NCBI GenBank assembly: GCA_040382515.1
Contig: JBEIFH010000001.1
Span: forward strand, 21,915 to 85,914
Reading direction: 5' to 3'
DNA: 64,000 nucleotides
From: Chlamydiia bacterium
GTDB taxonomy: Bacteria > Chlamydiota > Chlamydiia > Chlamydiales > RGXB01
Made by a program: the position numbers and the translations under genes. Of the stretch, positions 1 to 10,259 are shown piece after piece (position 1 is the stretch's first letter; each line of letters begins with the position of its first letter). Below the pieces are notes generated by a model. That model had not been told where the DNA came from. It made no database searches and saw only the letters and a program-made list of their open reading frames with translations.

Positions 1-96
1 GAAAGCCAAATTTTCCCTCTCCTCTTGGAGAAGAATCAGATCTTCAATGCCTCGGGCAACAGACGCAGAGGGTTGTGTCAGAGTGTATAGGGCCAT
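1..96 (-). CDS. 5' end of an unidentified gene running off the left edge (32 codons visible)
   Basis: ATG at 96..94 on the minus strand, with AAGGA (105..101) 4 nt upstream. The frame stays open to position 1 (MALYTLTQPSASVARGIEDLILLQEERENLAF). No recognisable motif. Confidence 0.3.
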   Translation of the reverse strand, partial: MALYTLTQPSASVARGIEDLILLQEERENLAF

Positions 97-338
97 ATTT
101 TCCTTAAAAGGGGCTTCTTCAGCCTAATATTTTACCTAACAACCCTTAATTTTGGGTACTTTTCTAAGCTGTAGAGGTCAACCTCATGATTGTCAGGGTA
201 TTACAGGTGGATTCTCCCAGTTGGTTTTCCTTAAAAAAAAGCGAGGGAACGACAACATGTCAAACCTGAATCCATAGACGGAAGGATGGAGATCGTTTAA
301 AGGGCTTATTTTACTATTAGTTGTTATTTTAAGGTGAA

Positions 339-411
<73 letters not shown>

Positions 412-536
412 GTTCAAATGAATGATGTTCAATATCCTAGCACCAAGAGCGAATTTATAGCAATAAGAAGTGCTTTTTATACCCCTAAGGCCCACTGTTT
501 TATCTAGGGGGATGGGGGCAACTCTTTTAAAAAAGC

Positions 537-2384
537 CTACTGTTGATTTTGGGCGCTATTTAAAAGCATGACCAAGTCTCTTGCTATTTCCTGCGCCTCA
601 AAAAGGGCCGGATCCACCACATCCTGCCTTAGCTCCCTTTTTTCACTGAATGTTCTCAGCTGTCCGATCCAGTTTCTAAATTTGGAAGACTTGTTCTGCG
701 ATTGATAGAATGAAAAAACTTGGCTTAATTCATCCTTTTTGGCCATGGGGAGCTGTTTCAAATTATGCGTAATCGTGTCATAACCTAAAGGATATTTCAA
801 AAATTGTTCTCCGATCGGAATCTGGGACATCTCTGTTGGAACAACTATATCAGACTGCACCCCTTTTAACTGGACGGAAGCGCCCGAAATCGTATAGTAC
901 TTGGCAACCGTCACTGCGTAACAATAGGGGTCGTCTGCGGTGATTGTTTGGAACTGCATCGATCCTTTCCCATACGAGTTGACGTCACCGACAATAATAG
1001 CAACCCCGTATTCCTTCAGGGTCTGCGCCACAATTTCTGAGGCAGAGGCTGAAAGCCTAGAAATCAAGACGATCAAAGGGCCGGAGTAGACGGGGCTCCC
1101 AGTTTTCTCTTTCACGACACTAATCTGACCATTTCCATAGCGAGCCAAAACAATAGGCCCTCCCCCTGTAAATATTGAGCAAACCTTTGCCGCCTGGGTC
1201 AAAAAACCGCCTGTATTGCGTCGAAGATCCAGAATAACAGCCTTCAAATCTCCCCCTTTTTGTGCCGATTTAATGGCAGACTCCAGCTGATGGGACGCAG
1301 AATTTCCCTGTTCGTTATCAAAAAAACCATCTAGGCGAATGGCGGCAATAGTCCCGGTTCCGAAAGGGAAAATCGTGACTTGAGCCTGAGATTCGGGGGA
1401 TAAAATCGGCGCCCTTGTCAAAGCCACCTCAAAATTTTGATCTCCCCTTTGTAATTGAAGCCGCACCTTTGTATAGTTGCGTCCACTTAAGAGTTCTATT
1501 GCCTCCCTAAAATAGAGGGGGGCCAGATCCTGACCGTCTATGCGTAAAATGATGTCCTTTGCTTGGACTCCCGCATGGGCAGCCGGCGAATTTTCTATCA
1601 CACGCTGAATGACTAGGCCTTCCATTGAATCTCTTATAACCACACCAATTCCACTGTAATCTTTGGATAAGGCCTGCCGCATCTCCCTTTTTTCGTCAGG
1701 ACTGAAGAAACGGGTATGGGCGTCCATGGAGGCGGCTACCGCTTTGAGAACGTGAATAGAAAAAAAATGCTCCTCAAGAGCAGGCCCCCTCTCTGCATAC
1801 TCAAGCTCTTTTTCCCTTTGTTTCTTCTGGAAATAGGAAAAAATCTTATGTTTAACCTTCTCGTAATTGTGCTTGCCGACCAAGACCTCCTTTACCGTGA
1901 AATACGCGATCTCACCCTTGATCTTTGCCTTCAATTGAACAAAATTAGCCGGGTAAGGATCGTATTGAACCGCAGCAATCTTCTGGATATCGGCAAACGT
2001 TTTTTCCGATAACTCCTTGATCGCCTCCTTTTCAAAAAGGATGCGACGCTCGATTGCCTGCTCAAAAAATTTCTGTATTTCAATAAAAGAATCGAATGTG
2101 CCGTTTGCAAAGGAGCGCCGGGTAAAATCGATCCACTTTCCGGAGGCGTTTAACATAGGCTTGACCTCGCTCCATAAAAAATAGGAGTGATCGGCGTCGA
2201 AAGCCTCGATAAAAAGATCCAAAGATCTCTTCGCCAGCTCTTGATCGAAAGAATTCTTATTGTAATGATAGGAAAATAATTCTTTTGCACCATCCGGTAT
2301 GTCATTAATAGTGAACAGCGAAAAGAAAAAAAGACTTTTTATCAAGACCATATTTTCCTGATACGCGTTAAAGGTTTTTTTCAC
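537..2384 (-). CDS. Tail-specific / C-terminal processing protease (peptidase S41 with PDZ domain)
   Basis: PDZ-like segment [41 protein letters not shown]41 motifs [20 protein letters not shown] and SYGKGSMQ. Confidence 0.88.
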   Translation of the reverse strand: MKKTFNAYQENMVLIKSLFFFSLFTINDIPDGAKELFSYHYNKNSFDQELAKRSLDLFIEAFDADHSYFLWSEVKPMLNASGKWIDFTRRSFANGTFDSFIEIQKFFEQAIERRILFEKEAIKELSEKTFADIQKIAAVQYDPYPANFVQLKAKIKGEIAYFTVKEVLVGKHNYEKVKHKIFSYFQKKQREKELEYAERGPALEEHFFSIHVLKAVAASMDAHTRFFSPDEKREMRQALSKDYSGIGVVIRDSMEGLVIQRVIENSPAAHAGVQAKDIILRIDGQDLAPLYFREAIELLSGRNYTKVRLQLQRGDQNFEVALTRAPILSPESQAQVTIFPFGTGTIAAIRLDGFFDNEQGNSASHQLESAIKSAQKGGDLKAVILDLRRNTGGFLTQAAKVCSIFTGGGPIVLARYGNGQISVVKEKTGSPVYSGPLIVLISRLSASASEIVAQTLKEYGVAIIVGDVNSYGKGSMQFQTITADDPYCYAVTVAKYYTISGASVQLKGVQSDIVVPTEMSQIPIGEQFLKYPLGYDTITHNLKQLPMAKKDELSQVFSFYQSQNKSSKFRNWIGQLRTFSEKRELRQDVVDPALFEAQEIARDLVMLLNSAQNQQ

Positions 2385-2461
2385 ACGAATTTTCTATTTG
2401 GCATTTATTCATTCCAAGCGGTATAGTGTTCTCAATTCGACATAAAAGGAGTCTGGCAACT

Positions 2462-2833
2462 ATGCCAACTATCAACCAGTTGATTCGCAAGCCCCGAGTG
2501 CCCAAAGAAAAACGATCTAAAAGTCCAGCCCTCGAAGCTTGTCCACAAAAGCGTGGAGTTTGCACAAAAGTCTATACACAGACGCCAAAAAAGCCAAACT
2601 CCGCTTTGAGAAAAGTCGCAAAAGTTCGACTTTCAACTAAAAAAGAGATTATCTCTTACATCCCGGGCGAAGGCCATAACCTCCAAGAGCACAGCATTGT
2701 TCTCGTGCGCGGCGGTAGGGTTAAAGACCTTCCCGGTGTTCGTTACCACATCGTTCGCGGTAACTTGGACACACAAGGGGTAAAAAACAGAAAGAAATCG
2801 CGGTCTAAGTACGGATCGAAGAGCGGTAAATAG
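2462..2833 (+). CDS. rpsL: 30S ribosomal protein S12
   Basis: [12 protein letters not shown]...[15 protein letters not shown]...[10 protein letters not shown] is canonical S12. I prefer the internal ATG at 2462 to the track start at 2426. Confidence 0.97.
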   Translation: MPTINQLIRKPRVPKEKRSKSPALEACPQKRGVCTKVYTQTPKKPNSALRKVAKVRLSTKKEIISYIPGEGHNLQEHSIVLVRGGRVKDLPGVRYHIVRGNLDTQGVKNRKKSRSKYGSKSGK

Positions 2834-2854
2834 TCAGGATCACTAGAGGAATTC

Positions 2855-3328
2855 ATGTCAAGAAGACACCAAGCTGCAAAGCGTGAGATCAAAGCTGACG
2901 AAAAATATGGATCAGAAGTTATTGCCAAGCTCATCAATCTTGTCATGGAGCGTGGCAAAAAAACTGTTGCAAAAACCATAGTTTACGATGCATTGGAACT
3001 CTTTGCGAATAAAGTCGGAAGCGCCGACACCAAAGAAAGCTTCGATAAAGCAATTGAAAACGTTTCCCCCCTTCTCGAGGTTAAATCTCGACGAGTCGGT
3101 GGAGCAAACTACCAAGTGCCAATCGAAACGACCCCTGCTCGTCGCTTATCCCTTGCACTTCGCTGGATTATCACCCACTCCAGAAAAAAGGCAGGACAAC
3201 CCATGCACATCAAACTTGCAAATGAGTTGACCGATTGCCATAACCACACTGGTGCAAGCGTTAAGAAAAAAGAAGATACCCACAGAATGGCCGAAGCGAA
3301 CAAAGCTTTTGCCCATTTCCGTTGGTAA
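2855..3328 (+). CDS. rpsG: 30S ribosomal protein S7
   Basis: MSRRHQAAKREI...VKSRRVGGANYQVPIE...MAEANKAFAHFRW is canonical S7. Sits in str-operon order after rpsL. Confidence 0.97.
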   Translation: MSRRHQAAKREIKADEKYGSEVIAKLINLVMERGKKTVAKTIVYDALELFANKVGSADTKESFDKAIENVSPLLEVKSRRVGGANYQVPIETTPARRLSLALRWIITHSRKKAGQPMHIKLANELTDCHNHTGASVKKKEDTHRMAEANKAFAHFRW

Positions 3329-3340
3329 GCCAAATAAAAT

Positions 3341-3372
3341 ACCCACTACTTCCCTAGTGGGTTCTTCATTTT
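3341..3372 (+). terminator. Hairpin with a weak T-tract between rpsG and fusA (possible attenuator or partial terminator)
   Basis: ACCCACTA (3341-3348) pairs with TAGTGGGT (3355-3362) and is followed by TCTTCATTTT. Confidence 0.4.
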
Positions 3373-3400
3373 AGCAAAAGATTTAAGGATTAAACACAGC

Positions 3401-5491
3401 ATGTCGCAAGCGGCAAAACAAGACCTAGCTAAGCTCAGAAATATCGGGATCATGGCCCACATCGATGCCGGTAAAACCACCTGTACTGAACGCATTCTCT
3501 TCTACTGCGGTATGGTTCATAAGATCGGTGAGGTTCATGAAGGAGCTGCAACAACCGATTGGATGGAGCAAGAAAGAGAGCGTGGAATCACAATCACTTC
3601 TGCTGCCGTTACCGTGTTCTGGAAAGGGCACAAAATCAACATCATTGATACACCTGGCCACGTTGACTTCACTGTTGAAGTAGAACGCTCCTTGCGTGTT
3701 CTCGATGGTGCCGTCGCCGTATTCAGTGCTGTTGACGGTGTAGAGCCGCAATCCGAAACTGTATGGAACCAGGCAGACCGCTACGGCGTTCCCCGCATTG
3801 CGTTCGTCAATAAAATGGACCGTGTCGGTTCCGATTATTTTGGGGCGATCCAATCAATGCGCGATAAGCTAGGAGCTAACGCGTTTGCTGCTCAGCTACC
3901 TATTGGTGCTGAAGGCGACTTCAAAGGGATGTGCGATCTCATCACCATGAAAGGGTACGTTTTCAATGACGAGACCATGGGCGCAGATTACGACACCATC
4001 GAAATCCCAAGCGAGTTGCTAAGCGAAGCAAAAAAATTAAGAAAAGAGCTTCTTGAGGAACTTGCAACCATCGACGAGGAAGACGAAGACTTCATGATGA
4101 AAGTCGTTGAAGATCCGGACAACGTTCCTGAAGAGGAGATCCACGCAAAACTCCGCATGGCCGTTTGCAAAAACAAGATGAATCCCGTATTTTGCGGTAC
4201 CGCCTTTAAAAACAAAGGTGTGCAACAACTTCTTGATGCCGTAACCAACTACATGCCCTCCCCCCTTGATCGTGGTAACATGAAAGCCTTCAACGTCAAA
4301 AATGACGAGCCTATGACTGTTATCCCTGATGACAGCCAGAAATTTACAGGGCTTGCTTTCAAAGTTATGACCGATCCGTTTGTGGGACGTCTCACTTTCG
4401 TCCGTATTTACTCCGGTGTCCTTAAAAAAGGGATGACCCTTGCAAATACCACAAAAGGGAAAAAAGAGCGTATCTCACGTATCGTGCGCATGCATGCCAA
4501 CCAGCGTGAAGACATCGAAGAGGCATGTACAGGTGACATCGTTGGTGTTATCGGTCTTAAAAACTCCTCTACCGGTGATACACTTACTGAAGAAGACTAC
4601 CCAATTATCCTCGAGAAAATGGAGTTCCCAGAACCCGTTATCTCCATGGCGATTGAGCCCAAATCGAAAGGCGATCGTGAAAAACTCGCCGTTGCATTGA
4701 GCTCTTTGTCTGAAGAGGACCCCACTTTCCGCGTTTTCACCAACGAGGAAACTGGACAAACAATCATTGCCGGTATGGGTGAGCTCCACTTGGAGATCAT
4801 TACAGACCGTATGTTCCGTGAATTTAAGGTCGAAGCTAACGTAGGTAAACCGCAGGTTGCTTACCGTGAAGCCGTCCGCAAACCCGGAAAAATGGAAACA
4901 AAATACGTCAAGCAGTCCGGTGGACGCGGTCAATACGGCCACGTTGTCATCGAGATGGAGCCAAACGAACGTGGTAAAGGGAACGAAGTCGTCAGCAAGA
5001 TTGTCGGCGGAGTTATCCCACGCGAGTACATCCCCGCAGTTATCAAAGGGATCGAGGACGGACTCAACACCGGTGTTCTCGCAGGATACCCGTTGGTCGA
5101 CACAAAAGTTGCTATCGTCTTCGGATCTTACCATGACGTGGACTCCAGCGAGATGGCTTTCCGTATCGCAGGATCTATGTGTGCTAAAGATTGCGCAAGA
5201 GTTTGCGATCCAATTATCCTTGAGCCTATCATGAAAGTTGCTGTATCAACACCTGAAGATTATGTCGGTGATGTGATTGGTGACCTCAACCGTCGTCGTG
5301 GACAGGTTCTTGGACAAGAACATACTAAATCGGGACTTCGTGTAGAAGCTCATGTGCCCCTATCCGAAATGTTCGGATACTCCACCGCACTCCGTTCGGC
5401 CACATCCGGCCGTGCGAGCTACGTGATGGAGCCTTCGCATTATGACGAACTTCCACAGAAGTTTAAAGAAGAACTTATTAAAAAGAGCTAA
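3401..5491 (+). CDS. fusA: Elongation factor G
   Basis: G-domain motifs [17 protein letters not shown] and NKMD. Full-length 696 aa EF-G-like sequence. Confidence 0.98.
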   Translation: MSQAAKQDLAKLRNIGIMAHIDAGKTTCTERILFYCGMVHKIGEVHEGAATTDWMEQERERGITITSAAVTVFWKGHKINIIDTPGHVDFTVEVERSLRVLDGAVAVFSAVDGVEPQSETVWNQADRYGVPRIAFVNKMDRVGSDYFGAIQSMRDKLGANAFAAQLPIGAEGDFKGMCDLITMKGYVFNDETMGADYDTIEIPSELLSEAKKLRKELLEELATIDEEDEDFMMKVVEDPDNVPEEEIHAKLRMAVCKNKMNPVFCGTAFKNKGVQQLLDAVTNYMPSPLDRGNMKAFNVKNDEPMTVIPDDSQKFTGLAFKVMTDPFVGRLTFVRIYSGVLKKGMTLANTTKGKKERISRIVRMHANQREDIEEACTGDIVGVIGLKNSSTGDTLTEEDYPIILEKMEFPEPVISMAIEPKSKGDREKLAVALSSLSEEDPTFRVFTNEETGQTIIAGMGELHLEIITDRMFREFKVEANVGKPQVAYREAVRKPGKMETKYVKQSGGRGQYGHVVIEMEPNERGKGNEVVSKIVGGVIPREYIPAVIKGIEDGLNTGVLAGYPLVDTKVAIVFGSYHDVDSSEMAFRIAGSMCAKDCARVCDPIILEPIMKVAVSTPEDYVGDVIGDLNRRRGQVLGQEHTKSGLRVEAHVPLSEMFGYSTALRSATSGRASYVMEPSHYDELPQKFKEELIKKS

Positions 5492-5499
5492 GAGTTGCT

Positions 5500-5826
5500 A
5501 TGTCTTCAACAACATTAAAATCATCCAAGAAGCTCCGCATCCGACTCAAAGCCTATGACTCTAGAGTGATTGACAGAACCGCTAAAGAGATTGTAGAAGC
5601 TGCAAAGTCTACAGGAGCTGTTGTAGCGGGACCATTCCCACTACCAACAAGAATTGAGCGCTTTACAGTTTTGCGCTCTCCGCACGTTGACCGAAAATCA
5701 CGTGACCAATACGAGTCAAGAACACATTCTAGAATCATTGTGATCGATGTGGCCCCACAAACAGCTGAAAGGCTTAAGAGATTGGTGATTGCTTCAGGTG
5801 TAGAAATCTCTACAAAAACCGCTTAA
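5500..5826 (+). CDS. rpsJ: 30S ribosomal protein S10
   Basis: KLRIRLKAYDSRVIDRTAKEIV...FTVLRSPHVDRKSRDQYE..RTHSRII is S10-like. Follows fusA. Confidence 0.96.
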   Translation: MSSTTLKSSKKLRIRLKAYDSRVIDRTAKEIVEAAKSTGAVVAGPFPLPTRIERFTVLRSPHVDRKSRDQYESRTHSRIIVIDVAPQTAERLKRLVIASGVEISTKTA

Positions 5827-5851
5827 ATTCTCCTGAACGGATGAAAAATCA

Positions 5852-5885
5852 AAACCCTCGCTCTAGTGGCGAGGGTTTTTTATTT
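5852..5885 (+). terminator. Rho-independent terminator after rpsJ
   Basis: AACCCTCGC (5853-5861) pairs with GCGAGGGTT (5869-5877), followed by a T-run. Confidence 0.85.
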
Positions 5886-5932
5886 ATTGTCAAAAGTCCC
5901 CTTTTTATAAAAAGGCCCTAAAAGGATAACTT

Positions 5933-6280
5933 TTAAAAATCCAGTATAGGATCTGCGTTATAGGGTTCTGACCATGGGGGGGGACTTTGCACCTTTTGCC
6001 CTTTTTTCCGTACTACCCCATCCTTGATGAAAAAGTAGTAGTAGTTCTGTTCAATAATCGCATTCCCCACATATACGCGCTCAACATACTCGTATACTTC
6101 ATAACCTTGGTCATCTTGGTATTTATAAAGGGGTTTGCCATATTTTTTTTCTAATTGAGCTTTTGGGGTTTGGAGTTGAACGCTGTAGAAATTTTCTCTT
6201 GTCATATCCTCATATTTACTGCAGCCGCTAAAAATAAGGGCGCATAAGGCAATAGCTAAAATTTTGAATCTACAATTCAT
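5933..6280 (-). CDS. Small lipoprotein of unknown function, last gene of the rodA operon
   Basis: Signal peptide with lipobox, MNCRFKILAIALCALIFSGC|SKYED. Its ATG (6280..6278) overlaps the upstream stop as ATGA. I prefer this internal start to the track start at 6313. Confidence 0.7.
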   Translation of the reverse strand: MNCRFKILAIALCALIFSGCSKYEDMTRENFYSVQLQTPKAQLEKKYGKPLYKYQDDQGYEVYEYVERVYVGNAIIEQNYYYFFIKDGVVRKKGQKVQSPPPWSEPYNADPILDF

Positions 6281-6738
6281 TTTCCTTGAATACCCGCTTT
6301 TGTGTGCTTCCAAAGTTTACCTCGCATCACCGTTCTAAGATCATCGCTCGTGCTGTATTCTGCTTCCATGATGTAGTGCCCGTCCCCTTGGTGTTGATAA
6401 TACTCGTATCCATCAAATCCAATGAGATTTTCCTTGAATTCCCACCCAATCCAGTCAGATTTTATCTGGCCGGGACCCATCACTTGGCCGATGTTATCAT
6501 TTTCCAGGATAATGCTGAAACGCTGTTTTTCAAAATCTTTGAGAGTGAAATTATTTGTCATCAATTCACTGTGCCCTTTGATCTGAATCTGCTGTACAAG
6601 CTCCATGTATGGGTCTTCCGGTCGTGAGGCAGGTACCATCCATTTTACGATAAATGGGATCTTTTCAGCGACATTTGTAAGCTCCATCATCCCCTCGCCA
6701 ATCCAAAATCCGGGGGTATAAATAAATAGGTCGTGCAT
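6277..6738 (-). CDS. Hypothetical 153-aa protein with no signal peptide, coupled to rodA
   Basis: Its ATG (6738..6736) shares one nucleotide with the rodA TGA (6740..6738), giving TGATG. Its own stop overlaps the next ATG. No motif recognised. Confidence 0.65.
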   Translation of the reverse strand: MHDLFIYTPGFWIGEGMMELTNVAEKIPFIVKWMVPASRPEDPYMELVQQIQIKGHSELMTNNFTLKDFEKQRFSIILENDNIGQVMGPGQIKSDWIGWEFKENLIGFDGYEYYQHQGDGHYIMEAEYSTSDDLRTVMRGKLWKHTKAGIQGK

Positions 6739-7895
6739 CAAAATCTAAACCTTCTCACTGTTATACTTTGTAAAAGCCCAAGTAAGCTCATCGTTGCAAC
6801 AACAGATGATCCTCCGTAAGTCATCAAAATCAAAGGGACCCCTGTTATTGGCAGGCTTCCAGCCATCATGGAGATATTCACAATAACATGCACGGCAATA
6901 TATGTAGCTGTGCATCCTGCGTAAAATTTTCCAAATCGATCCTGCGCTTCATCGGCTATTTTTAAACTCAAATAAATCAAACTAAAAAAGAGTGCAAACA
7001 AAAACCCGGCTCCGATACAGCCAAATTCCTCGGTAAATGCCGGAAAAATTGAGTCGGTATGGGCGAATGGGAGCCATTCCTGACCGGTGAACTGGCTTTT
7101 ACCAAAGCCACTTCCCGAAACTCCCCCAAGGGCGATAGCGGTTTGCCCCGCTTTTTGATGGTAGGTGTGGGGATTGAGCCGCTCGATCTGATACTCTTTT
7201 AATACATGGGACAACGGGTCTTTTATCTTTTCAAAAGGGATAAAACCTAAAAATATCGAAACCACAAATAAAATTGCGGCACATCCCCCTACCGTCATCC
7301 ACCGGATGATCCCCCGATGCCCCTCAGCAAAAATAAAAACTGTGTAGCAAATAGGTAACAAAATAAGCGCAGTCCCTAAGTCAGGCTGTTTAAGAACAAG
7401 TAAAAATGGAATAAAAACGATCCCTAATCCACCCAAACCTACTGAAAATCGTTTAGCAGCATTGTATTTATCCTCAAAATACCAACTCAAGATCAGAATA
7501 AGAACGACTTTAGCAAATTCGCTTGGCTGCAACGCAAATGGCAGAAACCCAAAGCGAAACCACCGGTGGACGTTCTGAATTGGACTGGTAAAAAAAAGGG
7601 CAAAGAGGAGCACTAAAATAAGGATGTATAAAAGCGGAGCCAATTTCCTAAAATTTCTGTAGTCAATCCAAGCAAAGAAAAAATAGAGGACCCATCCCAC
7701 CATATAACTTCTCAATTGCGAAATAACGGCTGATGAGAAAAATCCTGGGGAAACCTCCTGCTGAATCGTACTTGAACTAATTACAGTCAGACTCAGGCAC
7801 ATCAATAGGAAGATAATCGCAATCATCCTATAATCAAGCTGTCTAAAAAACTTGACAAAACGCACTTGAGAAGTTCCCTTTGTATCGGCTACCAT
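6738..7895 (-). CDS. rodA: SEDS-family peptidoglycan glycosyltransferase (RodA/FtsW)
   Basis: About 10 predicted TM segments. SEDS motifs QPSEFAKVVLILILSWYF, KQPDLGTALILL, HTDSIFPAF and ITGVPLILMTYGGSS. Confidence 0.9.
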   Translation of the reverse strand: MVADTKGTSQVRFVKFFRQLDYRMIAIIFLLMCLSLTVISSSTIQQEVSPGFFSSAVISQLRSYMVGWVLYFFFAWIDYRNFRKLAPLLYILILVLLFALFFTSPIQNVHRWFRFGFLPFALQPSEFAKVVLILILSWYFEDKYNAAKRFSVGLGGLGIVFIPFLLVLKQPDLGTALILLPICYTVFIFAEGHRGIIRWMTVGGCAAILFVVSIFLGFIPFEKIKDPLSHVLKEYQIERLNPHTYHQKAGQTAIALGGVSGSGFGKSQFTGQEWLPFAHTDSIFPAFTEEFGCIGAGFLFALFFSLIYLSLKIADEAQDRFGKFYAGCTATYIAVHVIVNISMMAGSLPITGVPLILMTYGGSSVVATMSLLGLLQSITVRRFRF

Positions 7896-7903
7896 GGTAC
7901 CTT

Positions 7904-8452
7904 ATGACATTAAAACGAAAACTTCTTTTTTTCGATACCATCGACTCCACCCATGCCTTTGCAAAAAAAGAATTATCCTCTTTTGATCCGGATGTAATTA
8001 CCTGCATTAGGGCTAGAGTGCAAACCTCAGGGGTCGGTCAAAATGAAAGAAAATGGGTCAGTATTAAAGGGAATCTGTTCGTCACCTATATTTTGAAAGT
8101 CCCTGGAAAAGTTTATCCAGACGCCGCTAATTTTCTCTCTTTTTGCATTTATAAAACGCTAGAAATAAAAAAAAAAGAGGTCTATTTCAAGGAGCCGAAT
8201 GATCTCTACTACAATAAAAAAAAATGCGCAGGCGTTCTTTGCCATCAAACAGGTGATTGGTTGATTTTGAGCTACGGGCTGAACACAAAAGAGGCCCCGG
8301 AGCTCTTTAGCGCAATAGACGTAGATACCGAGAAAATGTTTAAAGAAATCGATTCTTTTATTTTTCTAGAGATCAAAACTTTTTTAATTGAGGGGTTTGC
8401 CCCTTTTCAAAAGGAATGGCAGCAACTAAGACGCACGTTGAAAACCAGCTAG
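7904..8452 (+). CDS. birA: Biotin--protein ligase, minimal form without an HTH domain
   Basis: FDTIDSTHAFAK, RVQTSGVGQNERKWVS (a degenerate GRGRxGRxW loop) and NKKKCAGVLCH (the KxaGIL region). I chose the start at 7904 to avoid overlapping the rodA start. Confidence 0.75.
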   Translation: MTLKRKLLFFDTIDSTHAFAKKELSSFDPDVITCIRARVQTSGVGQNERKWVSIKGNLFVTYILKVPGKVYPDAANFLSFCIYKTLEIKKKEVYFKEPNDLYYNKKKCAGVLCHQTGDWLILSYGLNTKEAPELFSAIDVDTEKMFKEIDSFIFLEIKTFLIEGFAPFQKEWQQLRRTLKTS

Positions 8453-8492
8453 ATCCGTCACACCGGATCCATCCTCCAAAATTTTAAGCCCA

Positions 8493-9251
8493 TTAGCTCA
8501 ATTGCAGATTTTTTAGATCGGGAACTACTGTGATTTTTGGGTGAATCCGCTCAACAAGCACATTTTGTATCCCCTGCAAAGTGCCGCCGATAGCGGAAAA
8601 ACAGGAGGTGCAGTTGCCCGAGTAGGCAATTTTGACCCGGGTTTTTTCTTCTATTTCGAGGATCTCTACCCCACCTTCATCAATAGCTAAGTAGGGACGG
8701 ATATGCTCTTCAAAAACTTCTTCGAGAATTTCCATCCTTTTTTGGTCGGTCAGCTCCTCCCAATTTTCCTGGAAGTTTTTCGTTGTAGCTCCATCCATAC
8801 AACTCAGGGGGGTAGTGTACTCGCTCACCTCAATAGATGGGGCCTTGGACAACGCTTCCAATACACCCTCCACTACAAACATAAAGTAGGGTATTTGTTT
8901 ATTTGTCAGTGCAGGGGTAGAATCCTGATCTCTCAAAAACCGGTCCAGAATATCTATCGAAATCTTTGCTGCTTGACGGACATTTTTTCGCACCAAAAAC
9001 CTGCTAGAAGCCTCCAGAGCGAGTAAAAGGGTGGTGGGACCAAAAAAAAGATACTTCACATCGGCTATCACCCCATCTGTAGTATCGACCATCACCTCTA
9101 TTTGGAACCAATTTCCCTCCTCTTGGTCACCTGCTTCCCCTTTAAGACAGATCATCTCGGCGATCTCTTTTGAAAAAGCTCCTACAGACAAAGGTCTGAT
9201 CAGAAACTCCCGCATTTTTTTTGTGTAGCTATTCCAACCAAAAGATTCCAT
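8493..9251 (-). CDS. NifU-like protein: Cys-less IscU-like N-terminal half plus a C-terminal Nfu domain
   Basis: The C-terminal Nfu motif IRPYLAIDEGGVEILEIE...YSGNCTSCFS is present. The N-terminal half resembles IscU but lacks the ligand cysteines. Confidence 0.75.
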   Translation of the reverse strand: MESFGWNSYTKKMREFLIRPLSVGAFSKEIAEMICLKGEAGDQEEGNWFQIEVMVDTTDGVIADVKYLFFGPTTLLLALEASSRFLVRKNVRQAAKISIDILDRFLRDQDSTPALTNKQIPYFMFVVEGVLEALSKAPSIEVSEYTTPLSCMDGATTKNFQENWEELTDQKRMEILEEVFEEHIRPYLAIDEGGVEILEIEEKTRVKIAYSGNCTSCFSAIGGTLQGIQNVLVERIHPKITVVPDLKNLQLS

Positions 9252-9252
9252 T

Positions 9253-10254
9253 TCAAACCACCTTTAATGGCCGTTTAGCGAGTCTTATGCACTCCTCTAA
9301 AATAGATAGCACTTGATAGATACCCTTCTCCTCCAAACCAGGAGATATAGAAGCGTGAACGGCGGTCAGGGCCTCTTTTTCTATAAAGCCCATTCTCGAT
9401 AAATGCCGGTGTAATGAGGGTCGGGGACCGCCTCCGATGGAGACAAAGACTCCCCTTTGACATAGCCAATAAGCCAAAAGTTCCCCGTGAATGTGTTCAA
9501 AACCGAAGAGGAGAGTCCCGGGATCCCTTTGATTTGTTTTAAAGAAAATTTTTCCCCCCATAGACTCAATCCCCCTTTCCAATAGTCGACGAAGATAGAT
9601 TAGCTGCATCCCCTCTTCGGTTCTGTTGCAAAACGATTCGACCATTTGCGAGGTAATCGCGTACACCAGGTCAGGATTTTTGGATCCTGATACATCCATC
9701 GTTTCATCTACAAACAGGGCGTTATCACAAAGAAGAGCCCCTATGTTGCGAGGGAGTCGATCCATCCCTACAAGATTTTTTGAAGCTATGTAAACCGAGC
9801 ACCTGTTTTTACAAATTTCCTGGACCTTGTCGAGGGGTTGCTCCAGTCCTGTTATCCAATCAACCGGCTCCAGAATCACCCCCATGGTTGTCGGATAAAA
9901 AGCATCTGCCAACAACTCTAGATCTATTACACCCTCTGCGTTCAAGGGAATTGTCTGGAGGACGACTCCAAACGGCTCAAATTTTGATAGGATTGCCCGG
10001 TACGGGCCAGAGAGATTTTCCGGGATTAAAAGATGGTTTTTGCCTTCCCCTATGGCTTTGCTTTCAACGAGGCCAAAAATAAACTGCGTGAATGCCTCTT
10101 CACAAGAGGAGAAAACCTCCACCTTACAATTGCCGAGGCAATCTTTTACCAGGTCTAGAAGTTGGGCCGACGACCCTTTAGCCCTATCAATTAAATTTTT
10201 AGGTACCCATGGGGTTTTTGAATGGAGTGCTTCAAAGCGATCAAGGTGGTGCAT
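9253..10254 (-). CDS. NifS/IscS-like class V aminotransferase-fold protein, apparently lacking the catalytic Cys loop
   Basis: Overall class V fold resemblance. Paired with the nifU-like gene as in C. trachomatis (recalled). The expected SSGSAC loop reads VFVSIGGGPRPS. Confidence 0.55.
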   Translation of the reverse strand: MHHLDRFEALHSKTPWVPKNLIDRAKGSSAQLLDLVKDCLGNCKVEVFSSCEEAFTQFIFGLVESKAIGEGKNHLLIPENLSGPYRAILSKFEPFGVVLQTIPLNAEGVIDLELLADAFYPTTMGVILEPVDWITGLEQPLDKVQEICKNRCSVYIASKNLVGMDRLPRNIGALLCDNALFVDETMDVSGSKNPDLVYAITSQMVESFCNRTEEGMQLIYLRRLLERGIESMGGKIFFKTNQRDPGTLLFGFEHIHGELLAYWLCQRGVFVSIGGGPRPSLHRHLSRMGFIEKEALTAVHASISPGLEEKGIYQVLSILEECIRLAKRPLKVV

Positions 10255-10259
10255 GATGC

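Noticed and set aside
4475-5134. 219-aa ORF antisense to fusA, plus other ORFs inside fusA on both strands
   Set aside because: It lies entirely within the highly conserved EF-G gene on the opposite strand. This is a typical shadow ORF.
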